A stretch of 41,278 nt of DNA from contig MU626430.1 of the NCBI GenBank assembly GCA_025603075.1, forward strand, positions 1 to 41,278, written 5' to 3'. This stretch comes from Neoconidiobolus thromboides FSU 785 (Eukaryota; Fungi; Entomophthoromycota). The notes beneath the pieces were generated by a model that was not told where the DNA came from, did no database searches, and saw only the letters and a program-made list of their open reading frames with translations. A program made the position numbers and the translations under genes. Within the stretch, counting starts at the first letter, position 1. The number at the start of each line of letters is the position of its first letter. Below, in pieces: positions 19,788 through 31,109 of the stretch.

Positions 19788-22562
19788 TTACATAATTGTA
19801 CAAGATTTTTTGGTTTCTTCCTTATTAACTGAGTTAGGGAGCTGAGAATTCATAAGAGTAGATCCAAGGGTTGATTCCATTTGAGATTTGGATAAATTTG
19901 AATTTTTACCTCGAACTTTTTGCATGATTAGTTTCAATTGTGTTAATCTTTCTTGAGCTGGTAAAAAACCTTTGTTTGCTGCCATTTCATAATATCTCAT
20001 TGCCCCTTGCATATCTTTATAAAATAACCCATCACCTCTTTCATAGGATACTGCTAAATTAAACATTGAAATAAGTGAACCTTGATCCGCTGCTTTAGTA
20101 TATAATTCCACTGCTTTAGCTTCATCCTTTTCCACCCCATTACCATTCTGGTAGCATTGAGCTAAATTTACTAAGCCACTTGGGTTATTTCTTTCGACTG
20201 CTAAATTAAAATAATAAATGGCTTTCTCTAGATCCATGGCTACCCCTTTCCCTAAAAGATAACAGGAACCTACATTAGATTGGGCATCAGAGTCACCAGA
20301 TTCAGATAGCTCTAGGTAACATTTAAAACTTAACTCATCAGAAGGGGCAGTCCCCAATCCATCTTTATAACAAGTAGCTAAAGCCATGCCGGATAGCTTG
20401 TGGCCTTTATCGTGAGCTTCTTTAAACCAATAGAAAGCTTTGTCAAAATCTTTCATCGTACCAACACCATTAAAATAACAACAAGCTAATTGATGCATAC
20501 CCTCCACTTGTCCAGCCTCAGAAGCTAATTTAGAATAGTTAAATCCTAATTCATTATCAATATTAGTTCCTTGGCCTCTTAAATAACATTGAGCTAAAGA
20601 AGACTGCGCCACTGGATTATTTTGATCAGCTGCTAGTTTGAAATATTTAATTGCTTTATCATAATCTTTATCTATTGCTACTCCAGTAAAATAACACATT
20701 CCTAATTGCAATTGGGCTCCAGAATGACCTTGTTCTGCTGACTTATTCAACCATATGAAAGCTTCTTTAGGATTTTGTTCTACACCATGACCATTAGAAT
20801 AACATTCTGCTAAATTGTATTGTGCGGAAGGGTTTCCTTGCATTGCTGATTTACGATACCACCCTGCTGCTTCTAGTAAATCTTTAGCAGTTCCGATACC
20901 AAAATAATAACAGGATCCTGTATTATTTTGTGCTCTTGAATGACCTTGGATTGCTGCTTTTCGAAACCAACGCAAAGCTTCTTCGTCATTAGTATCTAAC
21001 CCAATACCATGCTTATACATGATCCCTAATGAAAATTGAGCATCACCGTGACCTTTATCACCGGCTTTTTTATATAGTCTAAAAGCTTCACTATAGTTTG
21101 TTTCAACTACTTCTCCATTGTAATAGTAATGACCTAACATATACAATGCTTGAGGGAACTCTTGAGCAGCAGATTGTCTAAAGTAATAAACTGCCTTTGG
21201 TATATCCTGAGATGTCCCTAACCCTAGAGAATAACATTCTCCTAAAGAATATTGAGCAGCTGCAGAGCCATTTTTAGCAGCTATAGTAAACAACTCGAAA
21301 GCACCATCAAGGTCAGGTTGCTCAATTCCATAGCCATGCTTATACATGATACCCAAACGTGTAATACCTTCTAAGTTTTTTAATTCTGCTGATTTTTTAT
21401 AATAAAATAAACTTTTGTTATAATTTCTAGATAGCCTTGCACCTTCATAATAAATTGTGCCAACAACCATGTAAAATTTGCCTAAACTATCACTCTCGAT
21501 TCTCATTTTAAGCATACTAACTACTTGTTGCCTACTGCTTTCTCTTTTATAAGTCTCATATTCATTTAATAAACTCTCGAATTTCTCTTCATCAATTGGA
21601 TCATATTTACTTACCATTACTGTTGAAGCTAAACTGGTTTCATAAAATTTAGTACCAAATATAGTTCCTAAATCCAATGCGTCTACATCCTGGATATGTG
21701 TATCATATGCTGTAGTCCAACTTTTAATAAGATAAGCAACTTCATCTGCAAATGGACGAATTATTGGATCGGGGTGTTGGCAACGCATCATTAGCTCTTT
21801 ATAATTTTGGGGTGTAGAGCTGGGAACTTCTTCAATCGTTCCATTTAATTTATTTATTCCTATTTGATGATGATCCATGTTTTGAAAAGGTCTTTTTAAA
21901 GCGCAAATTTCCCACATCACTACACCTAAAGCATATATATCTGTTTTTTTAGTTGGTTCAATTCCAATTTTGTTAAATAATTCTGGTGCCATCCAGCAAG
22001 GAGAACCAGCCCCCATAAAAGTCATTGTTTTTTCCGCTTCAAAGTCCTCCTTTTCTACACGACATATACCAAAATCTGCAATTTTAGCTCGATACATTTC
22101 CCCAGAACAATCAATCAAAATATTGTCTGATTTGATATCACGATGTATAATACCCTTAGAATGAATAAAATTCATTCCTAATGCAATTTCAATAGTTACG
22201 CGTTGTCTCAAGTCCCAATTAAAAATATCACAGTCTTTTTCAATAAATTTAGCCAAATCTCTACCATTTATGTATTCCATTAACATACACATAGTGTTGC
22301 CGCTACCTATACATGTACCAATAAATTGAATAATATAAGGACATTGACCTAGTTTTGACAAAGCTTCAGCTTCTAATTTTAAAGAAGATACCAATTTTTT
22401 CTTTTTACTGTTATCGCAATGAGTAAGTTTTAATTGTTTCATAGCACATGTCATACCACGGTATTTCACTAAATGTACAGATCCAAAACCACCAGCCCCT
22501 AACTCTTTTTCTATAATGATCTGACTATAATCAATTTCGCCAACATATTTGAGTTCAGTCAT
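19788..22562 (-). CDS. Protein kinase (TKL-like) fused to ~14 SEL1-like repeats with C-terminal CaaX, 924 aa
   Basis: GAGGFG, AMK, HRDIKSDN, DFG and APE kinase motifs. ~14 SEL1 units (AQxxLGxxYxxGxG..D..A..W/Y). Ends KKSCTIM. Single uninterrupted ORF. Confidence 0.92.
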   Translation of the reverse strand: MTELKYVGEIDYSQIIIEKELGAGGFGSVHLVKYRGMTCAMKQLKLTHCDNSKKKKLVSSLKLEAEALSKLGQCPYIIQFIGTCIGSGNTMCMLMEYINGRDLAKFIEKDCDIFNWDLRQRVTIEIALGMNFIHSKGIIHRDIKSDNILIDCSGEMYRAKIADFGICRVEKEDFEAEKTMTFMGAGSPCWMAPELFNKIGIEPTKKTDIYALGVVMWEICALKRPFQNMDHHQIGINKLNGTIEEVPSSTPQNYKELMMRCQHPDPIIRPFADEVAYLIKSWTTAYDTHIQDVDALDLGTIFGTKFYETSLASTVMVSKYDPIDEEKFESLLNEYETYKRESSRQQVVSMLKMRIESDSLGKFYMVVGTIYYEGARLSRNYNKSLFYYKKSAELKNLEGITRLGIMYKHGYGIEQPDLDGAFELFTIAAKNGSAAAQYSLGECYSLGLGTSQDIPKAVYYFRQSAAQEFPQALYMLGHYYYNGEVVETNYSEAFRLYKKAGDKGHGDAQFSLGIMYKHGIGLDTNDEEALRWFRKAAIQGHSRAQNNTGSCYYFGIGTAKDLLEAAGWYRKSAMQGNPSAQYNLAECYSNGHGVEQNPKEAFIWLNKSAEQGHSGAQLQLGMCYFTGVAIDKDYDKAIKYFKLAADQNNPVAQSSLAQCYLRGQGTNIDNELGFNYSKLASEAGQVEGMHQLACCYFNGVGTMKDFDKAFYWFKEAHDKGHKLSGMALATCYKDGLGTAPSDELSFKCYLELSESGDSDAQSNVGSCYLLGKGVAMDLEKAIYYFNLAVERNNPSGLVNLAQCYQNGNGVEKDEAKAVELYTKAADQGSLISMFNLAVSYERGDGLFYKDMQGAMRYYEMAANKGFLPAQERLTQLKLIMQKVRGKNSNLSKSQMESTLGSTLMNSQLPNSVNKEETKKSCTIM

Positions 22563-23328
22563 TTTAAAAATAATTAATTAAAAGATAAAAAGCAAAATTT
22601 ATACAAATTTTAAGGTATTATTAATAGTAAGTTTGTTCCTACAAAGTATATAATTTATTCTTATTCCAGCCTATCATTTCTATTTATTAGAGCTATCAAT
22701 TAATTGTTCTACTATTTTATTTTCTTCCAAGCATGTTCATTTATTATTTTGATGGTACTCTTATGATTTAAGTATAATTTATTTAAATTTGTAATTTTGT
22801 AAAATAAACAGAGATGTATAATTAGTAAAATAACTATTATATAGTTCAGTTTATTTTGTAAAGTTGCAAACTTTAAAATACATAAATTTGTTTAAATTAT
22901 AACAGTAATAATTTGCAAATTTATAAGTCAATTTGGAAGTTAACCATGAAATAAATAAAACTGCTTTATAATTATCTAATTTTTTTAGTTGCTTCAGATT
23001 AATTACCTCATTTAGAATGTATTATTTTTTACTAAAAATCCATTAAGAACAAACCAAACATGTAATATTTCATATCTCAACTAACAAATTTATATTATTA
23101 ACATTTTAAAAATGCACCTTTTTTCATGACAGACTAAAACAAATTGGATTAGCAGTATAATATGTAGGATGTTTAGCTGTGAATCAAGTAATTCTAGGAC
23201 TCGAAAGTCTTGGGAGGATTTCCTTTTTACCTTTTAAAGTTATTTATTCTCCAATGTTTTTGAATAAACTTTGTTTATATCATTAGATTTAAATAATTTT
23301 TTTGAATTCAGGATTCAAAAGATTATAT

Positions 23329-23417
23329 GTGGATGTTTTTTTAGTTTTATCATTTTTTCCATTTTTTAAGCACTATTTAAATGGAAAGGTTAGTAAATTT
23401 TTAAAAACCGTATCCCC
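23329..23417 (+). mobile_element. MITE copy 5
   Basis: GTGGATGT...GTATCCCC flanked by ATAT/ATAT. Confidence 0.85.
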
Positions 23418-23574
23418 ATATAACAACCTAAATATCAAAACAAATACTTAATCAAACTATCAAGATTTGCTTTATTTATTTCAAATCAATATAATATAAT
23501 TTGGGCTTTAATCCTTACACCCTTATGAATATTTCCCATTAAATTTTAAATAACAATCCTATTTCACACCATTT

Positions 23575-24040
23575 TTATTCAACAAGGGGGACATTTTTGA
23601 CCCACATTAGTTTAGTTAAAACAGCCAGTAGGTGGTTTGCTACCTCGTACTATACTTTTGGACCTTTTAGTTTCACGCGATCAACCATACGTTTCCAGCC
23701 ATCATACTGATCTTTAAAGTTATATTCAAAGCAACTATAATGATCACCAGTCAATATCTAACACGTTAAGCAATTAGGATCTGAAGCCATGATCTAGTCA
23801 TAACTTTCATTACTTAACAACAAACATATGGGGATGTATTTTTGTATTTAAGAATTTTACTAATAATTTTTCCACTCAAATAGCGCTTAAAAGATGGAAA
23901 AAGTAATGAAGCCAAAAAAAACACTCCTATATGGTGATATCTAGTGTGCACCTAAAGTCATTTCCAAGATCACTTACATTAGAACTGATAATATCCTCTG
24001 CAATTAATAAAGCTAAAATAACAAGGCTATTCATCTTCAT
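23575..24040 (-). pseudogene. Pseudogene of a small secreted Cys-containing protein, interrupted by MITE copy 6
   Basis: Removing 23830-23928 and one ATAT restores one frame: MKMNSLVILALLIAEDIISSNVSDLGNDFRCTLDITICLLLSNESYD*IMASDPNCLTC*ILTGDHYSCFEYNFKDQYDGWKRMVDRVKLKGPKV*YEVANHLLAVLTKLMWVKNVPLVE*. A-rich context before the ATG. The 3' end is uncertain. Confidence 0.65.
23830..23928 (-). mobile_element. MITE copy 6
   Basis: Near-perfect reverse complement of copy 1, flanked by ATAT/ATAT. Confidence 0.9.
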
Positions 24041-25052
24041 ATTTTTTATTTTTTATTTACAAATTTAAATACAGTACGAATGATAATTTTTTATAAGAAA
24101 TTCAAAGTATTTTTGTTTTTGTTCTATTTTATTGTTGAAATGTTTACTTGTTTTATATCTATTTACAAAGTTACATTTTTAAAATTTAATCTGAATATTG
24201 ATTTTATATTTACATACGTATTCTTTTTTAAGTCTTGTACATTTATGCTATTTATTAAAACTATATATTCCCTTATATTGTGCTATAAGACAATGCATTG
24301 AATAACAGTTCAACCAATATAGCTAGTTTTTATTTCATCAAAATAAATTATATTAACAAAGTGGTAGAACTTAAAAAGTTATAGTCTAAAGTTAAATGAT
24401 TTAAAGTTTAAAAACAGATTGAGATTAGAGTAAGTTGCATATATGATTATAAGTAAAAATATCCAATATACTCCTCAGTTAAATCATTTAAGTATTCTGA
24501 TGTTTTTATTTAATATTACTTAAGTTATTACAAAAATACAAAATGCTCAAAGAATCTTAACAGGGAATGTATAGTAAAATCTGATTATTAATTTTTTGTT
24601 AGAATTGTTATTTTTACTTAAGTAATCTACCTTTAATAATGGTAGATTGTCAACTATCTAAAAATAAATGGCAAAAATAACTAAAAAGCTATAGCCCGAT
24701 ATCATAATAATAATTGTGTTAAATTAATTTTTGTAATTGGTAGAAAAATAAAGTAGAAGCTTGTCGTTATTTCAAATCACATATTATAAATGAATAATAG
24801 AAGGACATTGAAATAAAACTTGGTTTCATAAATATTCACAAATTAGAAATAATTGAAAACCTAGTACAAGACAATGGGCAAATATCTATGGATAATAACC
24901 TTAAATAATAAATCCTTTTGAGCCTTATCTATCAGGCTCTATTACCTTAAAAGTTACCATGATTTTTTATCAAGGATCTGAAAATACTATTGCATAATAT
25001 TTTAAATCAACCTTAATTTTAAACTTATTAACTACTTAGAATCATAGTATTT

Positions 25053-25149
25053 AGGTATGTTTTTTTTGATTTCGTTACTTTTCCGTTTTTTAAGCGCTAT
25101 TTGAGTGGAAAGATTGTTAGTAAAATTCTTAAACAAAAAATACATTCCC
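25053..25149 (+). mobile_element. MITE copy 7
   Basis: AGGTATGT...ACATTCCC flanked by ATTT/ATTT. Confidence 0.88.
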
Positions 25150-25531
25150 ATTTCTATTGAAAATTAAAAGCTAGTGGATTTCTATTGATTTTTTTTATAG
25201 ATATTATTTTGATTCTTAATAATACCAGAGTATATTTTTCTAATCCCAAAATACCTCTTTTAACAAATTCTTTATAATTTAGCTAAAATGACAGTAGACA
25301 GTACTAGGAAAATCATTAGCAATTTAGCAAAAATGAAAATAATTTAACATGGAATCAAACTTTAATGAATTTGGTAAATTTATCATAAATAGTAACCAGT
25401 TAAAAACATTATATATATGTGGATGAGCTTTTTACCTATTAAAGGCTACATGAAATATATATTAGGCTAAATCTACATTTAGCTTGTTTTTATAATGTGA
25501 TTGTTTTTAACGCTTATCAGTTTATTATTCA

Positions 25532-26719
25532 ATGAAATTAACACAGAAAACACCAAGCCTAACTGACGATGGATGTGCTATAATAGATGTTGAATTATAT
25601 TATATATCTGGGCTTATTGAGATCCCAAGTTTAGGTAGAAGAGAGCCTAATAAAGTGTTATTTAAAGTAGATCTAAGAAATGCATTCAAATTAAGCGGCA
25701 ATGCAGTAGGATATGAAGAAATTAGAGCAAATAATATATTTAATTAAACTATTATGTCATACGTATTTAGTATCAAAAAAAGTATTAATAAGCTTCTATG
25801 ATAATGCTGATAAAACAATGCTTTCATTTGGTTATCTTAGTATTCAAAAAAAGGAGTAGTATAATGAATCTTTTATTAACGGGTTTTATCAGTTAAAAAG
25901 CAAAACTAATATATTGAAGTTTGATTTCGAAGAAACCATACATTATTATCACGTTTTACAAGATGAGATTAATTTATATGAATTGGATTTAAATAGAAAC
26001 ATAGTAAATAAATATGATATCAAGTGCAAAGACAATAAGAGTGTAGATATTATAAAAGGAAAAGAGTTTATTTATAGTATTATAAAGGATTTTGATAACC
26101 AAGTTAATTTTTATAAAATTCAGTTCTAACTATTCCAATATATTATTAAATCATTCTACTAAACTCAATCATCTGGAATGCTTCATTGTTTATGATAATT
26201 TTTTAGTCAATTTATTTATATATGAAAACACTTATAAAATAAATTTGAATCTATCACTCACTAGCAATCCTACTGATATTGATACCGATTTGTTTATACC
26301 TTGGAGTATAAACAAAGCTCAAATATTAAATTTGAGGAGAAATCAATGACGTATCACCATTGATCAATGGCAATATAGCCAGTAAACTTAATCCTAAAGA
26401 GGCGGAAAATAATAACTACGGATTATTAATTGAAGGAACTATAAGAGGGATAACTGAGTTCATAGCAACTGTACTAATTATAATAATCATCTTATATAAA
26501 CCCAACTAAACAAAAAGAAGTCACTAAGAGCTGTTATTAAACTTGTTTTTATTAAGCCCGTCAATACATTAAACTCTGACGATAATTACTATAATACTGA
26601 ACTTTTTAGTCATTCCCGTAAAACCGAAGATGATAGATGATGATATTAGGCTACTAAGCAAACTACATGCCAACCATGTAAGGAACATGAGTATGATGAG
26701 AGACGAAAGTAAATTGTAA
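25532..26719 (+). pseudogene. Fragmented relic of a type I membrane protein, probably a distant relative of the kelch-TM family
   Basis: DGCAIIDVELYYISG...KVLFKVDLRNAF parallels SSCAIMNEKMYVTGG...GLYIIELNQKF. Frameshifted ORF pieces (25532, 25914, 26092) lead to a decayed TM segment YGLLIEGTIRGITEFIATVLIIIIILYK at ~26417-26500. Confidence 0.4.
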
Positions 26720-26826
26720 GTTGGATAGAATCAATGATATTGAATTTTTTTAACTGCTATTTATATCTTAAGTACTATAAAATAACAACCAATACTTTTT
26801 GTAAATAATGACAAAGTAAAATCTAA

Positions 26827-26854
26827 CTATTTAGACTATTTAGACTATTTAGAC
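26827..26854. repeat. Tandem repeat (CTATTTAGA)x3
   Basis: Seen directly. Confidence 0.8.
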
Positions 26855-27547
26855 CAAAACAATATAGAGCATAATTAAATTCATTATAGTTATTACGGGC
26901 TTTTAGTATTTAAAAAACCCAGTAGTTATTATATCCAAATGAAAAAATAACTTTCTAGAACTTACGGTTCTAATGGCCTCTTACAGCTATATCATAACTT
27001 TAATACTAATAAACTCAGTGATAAATTTTTTTCAAAAAAGTATAAGTGTAAGTCAAATATTCTTTGATAAATGCTTGTACAAAAAATTCAGTATTCGTGG
27101 AACTCAGACTTCTAATACTGTTATTTATAGCTATTTTAGTAAAGTATAACATAATGCAAGTTGTACAAAGTTTTACATGAATCAATGCCTATATGTAGGA
27201 TTAAACTTTGGTTAGTTTTTTACTTTGCCCAATAGTTGCCATTATTCCTTTTTCAATATCTGCAATTTTACTCTAATAAACTGATTGAATGCATTTACAC
27301 ACTATAAAAGACACTAACTATAAAGTCTATTTAGATATTACTTTGGCTATATTTCTATCTATGTCAAAGAGCAAAAGGTGATACCAAGCAAAATTAATCA
27401 TCATAGCTCTAGATACTATTTTCTAAAAATTGTAAAGGATATAATATTGGTCTTATAATATTATTTATAAAAATATTCAAAATTATGATCTTTCAATTGA
27501 TTGAAATTGTCCCTTTGCATTTATTTACCAAAAAGATATGAGCATAT

Positions 27548-27632
27548 GGGGATGATTTTTTTGGTTTCATTACTTTTTTCACCTTTTAAGCGCTATTTGA
27601 GCGGAAAGATTATTAGTAAAATTCTTAAACAA
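27548..27632 (+). mobile_element. MITE copy 8, right end truncated
   Basis: GGGGATGA start after ATAT and intact core. Similarity stops after ATTCTTAAACAA; no right TIR. Confidence 0.85.
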
Positions 27633-28604
27633 GCTATATTAGTATTAAGGTTTAGTATTTTATATTTAAAAAATGATAAAACAATAAAGTTTATTTTAAT
27701 TGTTTGTCTGAAATATTAAATCATAATTCAGAAAACAATTTAATTGATTCAATGCCTAAAGAACTTTTATTTAAAAGTTTTATAAAAATTAATATATAGA
27801 TAGTTATAAGAAATTGTTTTAAATTTTAAAATTTGAGATTTTTACTTATAAATATAATAAGATTGACAGCTTAATTTTTAATAATAGGAAAATAGTATAA
27901 TTTTTAAAAAGTATAAATAATAATAATAATATAAGGTATTAAAAAGTATCTATGTCTTATTAAACACGATAACAAACTACATTATTATCCAGTATTTGAT
28001 AGATTAAAAAAAGTGATCTAATTCTAATCAAACTTATAAAGTTTACAGAAAATTAAAAAACTGAGGTTAACTCCAGCTTATGTTACAAAAATAACTCAAA
28101 ATTTAAAAGTTTCAGCATTTACTAACCAAGTGATTTACTAAAGGATAAAATTCAATTATCAAATGTTAATATTGTTTAAGTTGTTAATAACTAAGTTGAT
28201 AATTAGTTAAAAAGTAAGTAGTTGCAATAATAAATAAAAACTATTATTATATTGCCTATATTATATAAAAACAATTCTTGTAGTTTTAGGGCTAATCACT
28301 CCCTTCCATGCAGCTATTTATTAACTTAGTAATAATCCAATTGTAACATTAGAATAATTTGTTTGTTTGCTAGTAGATCTGTAATATTAGCTATAAAGCA
28401 GTTAATAACAAATATTTCTTAATAAAGGTTTATAGGAATAGGTACTTATTTACATACTATAACTTTAATTAATATCAATATATAGGCTATATTAGTAAAA
28501 AAAACTAATAATCTGGAAATTTCTATTAATTTTAATAGAGATTCAGCTAACTTCCAATATAAAGTATGATAAAATAGCTTAAACTGTATTGAATATTTTT
28601 ACTT

Positions 28605-28697
28605 TTTAATAAAAAAATTGTTTGTAGAATTTCAAGCAGGTTTAAACTTTGAAATATTTGAATTAGATAGAAAAATGAAACCAATTTAATCATCCCC
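28605..28697 (-). mobile_element. Probable old MITE relic (copy 13)
   Basis: AGATAGAAAAATGAAACCAATTTAATCATCCCC resembles one element end. The rest is only weakly similar and the left boundary is uncertain. Confidence 0.4.
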
Positions 28698-29264
28698 AAA
28701 CTATTTAACAAATTCGGTAAATCTTACTTTGATAATAATAACTACTTAGTTGATATGAATTACTTAAAGTAAGGGTGAGAGCAGTTAAACTAATCTGCTG
28801 TCTCAGCAGATAACGATTATGATAGTGCCAAAGATACACAAACAAGGAAAATCTCATAAGTCATATAATGATAAAACAGTAAATAAAACAATTCGTGTGG
28901 CAAAGATGGTATCTACTTGTCCTAACTCAGTCTCAGCTGATCCATGTAAAAATTCAGAAGATGTGATTTTTAGGAACATAAAAGATGAAAATAAAAGGAT
29001 GCCGAAGAGGGTACAGGTGGTGAGTATGTTACTGATGGATCCGCTTCTGATAAAAAAAATTAAAAAAAGCCAAAAAGAAAGACAAGGAAAGGTATAAGGA
29101 AATAAGCCTAGAAAAAAGGAAACCGACCTAAATTTGAGAAGTCTAAATAAACAGATAATCCAGTTGAAAAAACTAAAGAACTATTAGGTATTCCTATATG
29201 TTTTTTTCTTTTTGGAGGTTAACTTTAACTAATAAAAGATAGGATTTGATATTTTAAATAAAAT

Positions 29265-29361
29265 GGGGATGTTCTTTTTGACTTCATTACTTTTTCCATC
29301 TTTTAAGCACTATTTGAGTGAAAAGATGTTAGTAAAATTCTTAAACAAAAAATACATCCCT
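29265..29361 (+). mobile_element. MITE copy 9
   Basis: GGGGATGT...ACATCCCT flanked by AAAT/AAAT. Confidence 0.9.
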
Positions 29362-29648
29362 AAATAAATTATAAGTAAAATAATATTTGATTTAAAAAGT
29401 ATTGATAAATTTACTTAAACAACTTTACTTTTTTTAGATTTTTTAGATTTTTAATAAATATCCTTTATTTGTTATTAGCAGCAATAACCTAAAATTCGAA
29501 ATAAAGTTACATTACACGTTTTGAATTTCTTTTATAGGATTGACTAAAGTTTTGTACTTAATAATTCGCTTGCTTCTTTATCCAAAAGGATTACCTGAGA
29601 ATGCTTAATAACCTTTGATTTTATTTATCATAAAAATAAAAATGAGTA

Positions 29649-29730
29649 CGACACCTGCAGGATTTGAACCTGCGCGGGGAAACCCCATGAGCTTTCTAGG
29701 CTCACGCCTTAACCGCTCGGCCAAAGTGTC
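29649..29730 (-). tRNA. tRNA-Ser-AGA: tRNA-Ser(AGA), long variable arm
   Basis: Reverse complement: acceptor GACACTT/AGGTGTC, anticodon stem TGAGC/GCTCA with loop CT-AGA-AA, variable arm GGGGTTTCCCC, T arm GCAGG-TTCAAAT-CCTGC. Confidence 0.96.
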
Positions 29731-29815
29731 TCGCATATCATAACCGATTAATAAAATTTATATATTTTTAAAAAGCAGCTTTTTAATCTATTTTATATCT
29801 TTACTTTTTTTATAT

Positions 29816-29905
29816 GGTTTTCTCTTGGTTTCATCACTTTTTCCATTTTTAAGTATTGTTTGGGTAAAAAAACTATCAGCAAAATCCTTAATAAAACACA
29901 TTTCC
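29816..29905 (+). mobile_element. MITE copy 10 (diverged)
   Basis: TTGGTTTCATCACTTTTTCCATTTTTAAG core and ACATTTCC end, flanked by ATAT/ATAT. Confidence 0.75.
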
Positions 29906-31109
29906 ATATATTTTTTAAAGTAAAAGCATAATGATAAACTTATGTAAAGTAAGCTATAGAGCTTTTGTTTTAAAGATATGTGATGTAAAAGCCATCAGGT
30001 AAAGAAAACTTCATTCAAATTATCATATTTTTACGTTGACTTTATTCAAAGTTATAATAGAACTATGAATGCTGTATTTTTTTTATTACGATTATTAATA
30101 ATTTATTATTAAATGAATAAAAGTAGTCTTTTTACGAATCCTTTGGTTGAAGGAGGTTTTAAATATGGTTATATACGTTATTGTCGATTAGAAATGTAAA
30201 AATTTCTATGACATTATTAAATTTACTGTTGTTAGATTACCCTTAAGAGTAAACTTAGATTATGGAACTAAAAATTAAATATTTGAACACCTTTTTACTT
30301 GCCCTTTAAAATCTATAACGAACATTTTATTAAAAAATAAATGTAAGATGTAATCAATTTATTGTTTAACAATAAAAAGAGGTTTGTTTATAAATTACTT
30401 TACTTATTACTAAGTGAAGTTGAAAATATCAAATTAAATCCTTAATTAATACATTAAAGAAGCTAAATAGTTAAAATAATATATTAAAAACAGAAAGATT
30501 ACTTTGATACTATTTATTTTTAACACTATGAACGCACCCTTTATCTCATATTGAATTAAAAGTTTCAAATGCAAACAATAGCAAACTGTCAAAATTAGTT
30601 AGACCACACTGGTGAAATTAAATTCTAAAAGATCAAGTTTGTTACACCGATCTAATTATTAAAATCCAAGCTATTGCCATAATCAATACATATTTAAAAA
30701 TAGCATACACAATATGAAAATCGATATATAGGTATAATTTTAAATAAATACGATACCAGTTAAAAAATTCGATTGCCTCATCTAACCGAAGAGAGGATAC
30801 AACTTTTTCAACTTAAAATAGCAAAAATACTTTCTTTTTACACACCTCTTTTTTAACATCAGATTCTGAATTTTAATTTTAGTATGATTACTAAATTAGT
30901 GGTTATAGTTTAAAAGTTTCCGATAATCATACCACGCTATCAATCAATGTATTAGGTAAAGATTTAGTTTACTGTTAGTTAACTCAATACATCTTAAAAC
31001 AACGTTGACTTCCATTCCAAGCATTATATTGAATGTTGACTTGATAAACTATTATATAAAAGCCAACAAAAAAACTCATGGTAAAAATATTTTATTTTAG
31101 AAACTTAAT

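Noticed and set aside
24780-25450. Possible decayed LRR/F-box-like coding relic around MITE copy 7 (SNFNEFGKFIINSNQLKTLYICG)
   Set aside because: Too many stops and frameshifts to support by eye. It needs a frameshift-tolerant profile search.
28760-29100. ORF 28819-29097 and nearby fragments (SAVSADNDYDSAKD, KDAEEGTGGEYVTDGS)
   Set aside because: Possibly a frameshifted relic of a low-complexity secreted protein, but I cannot build a consistent gene model or identify it.
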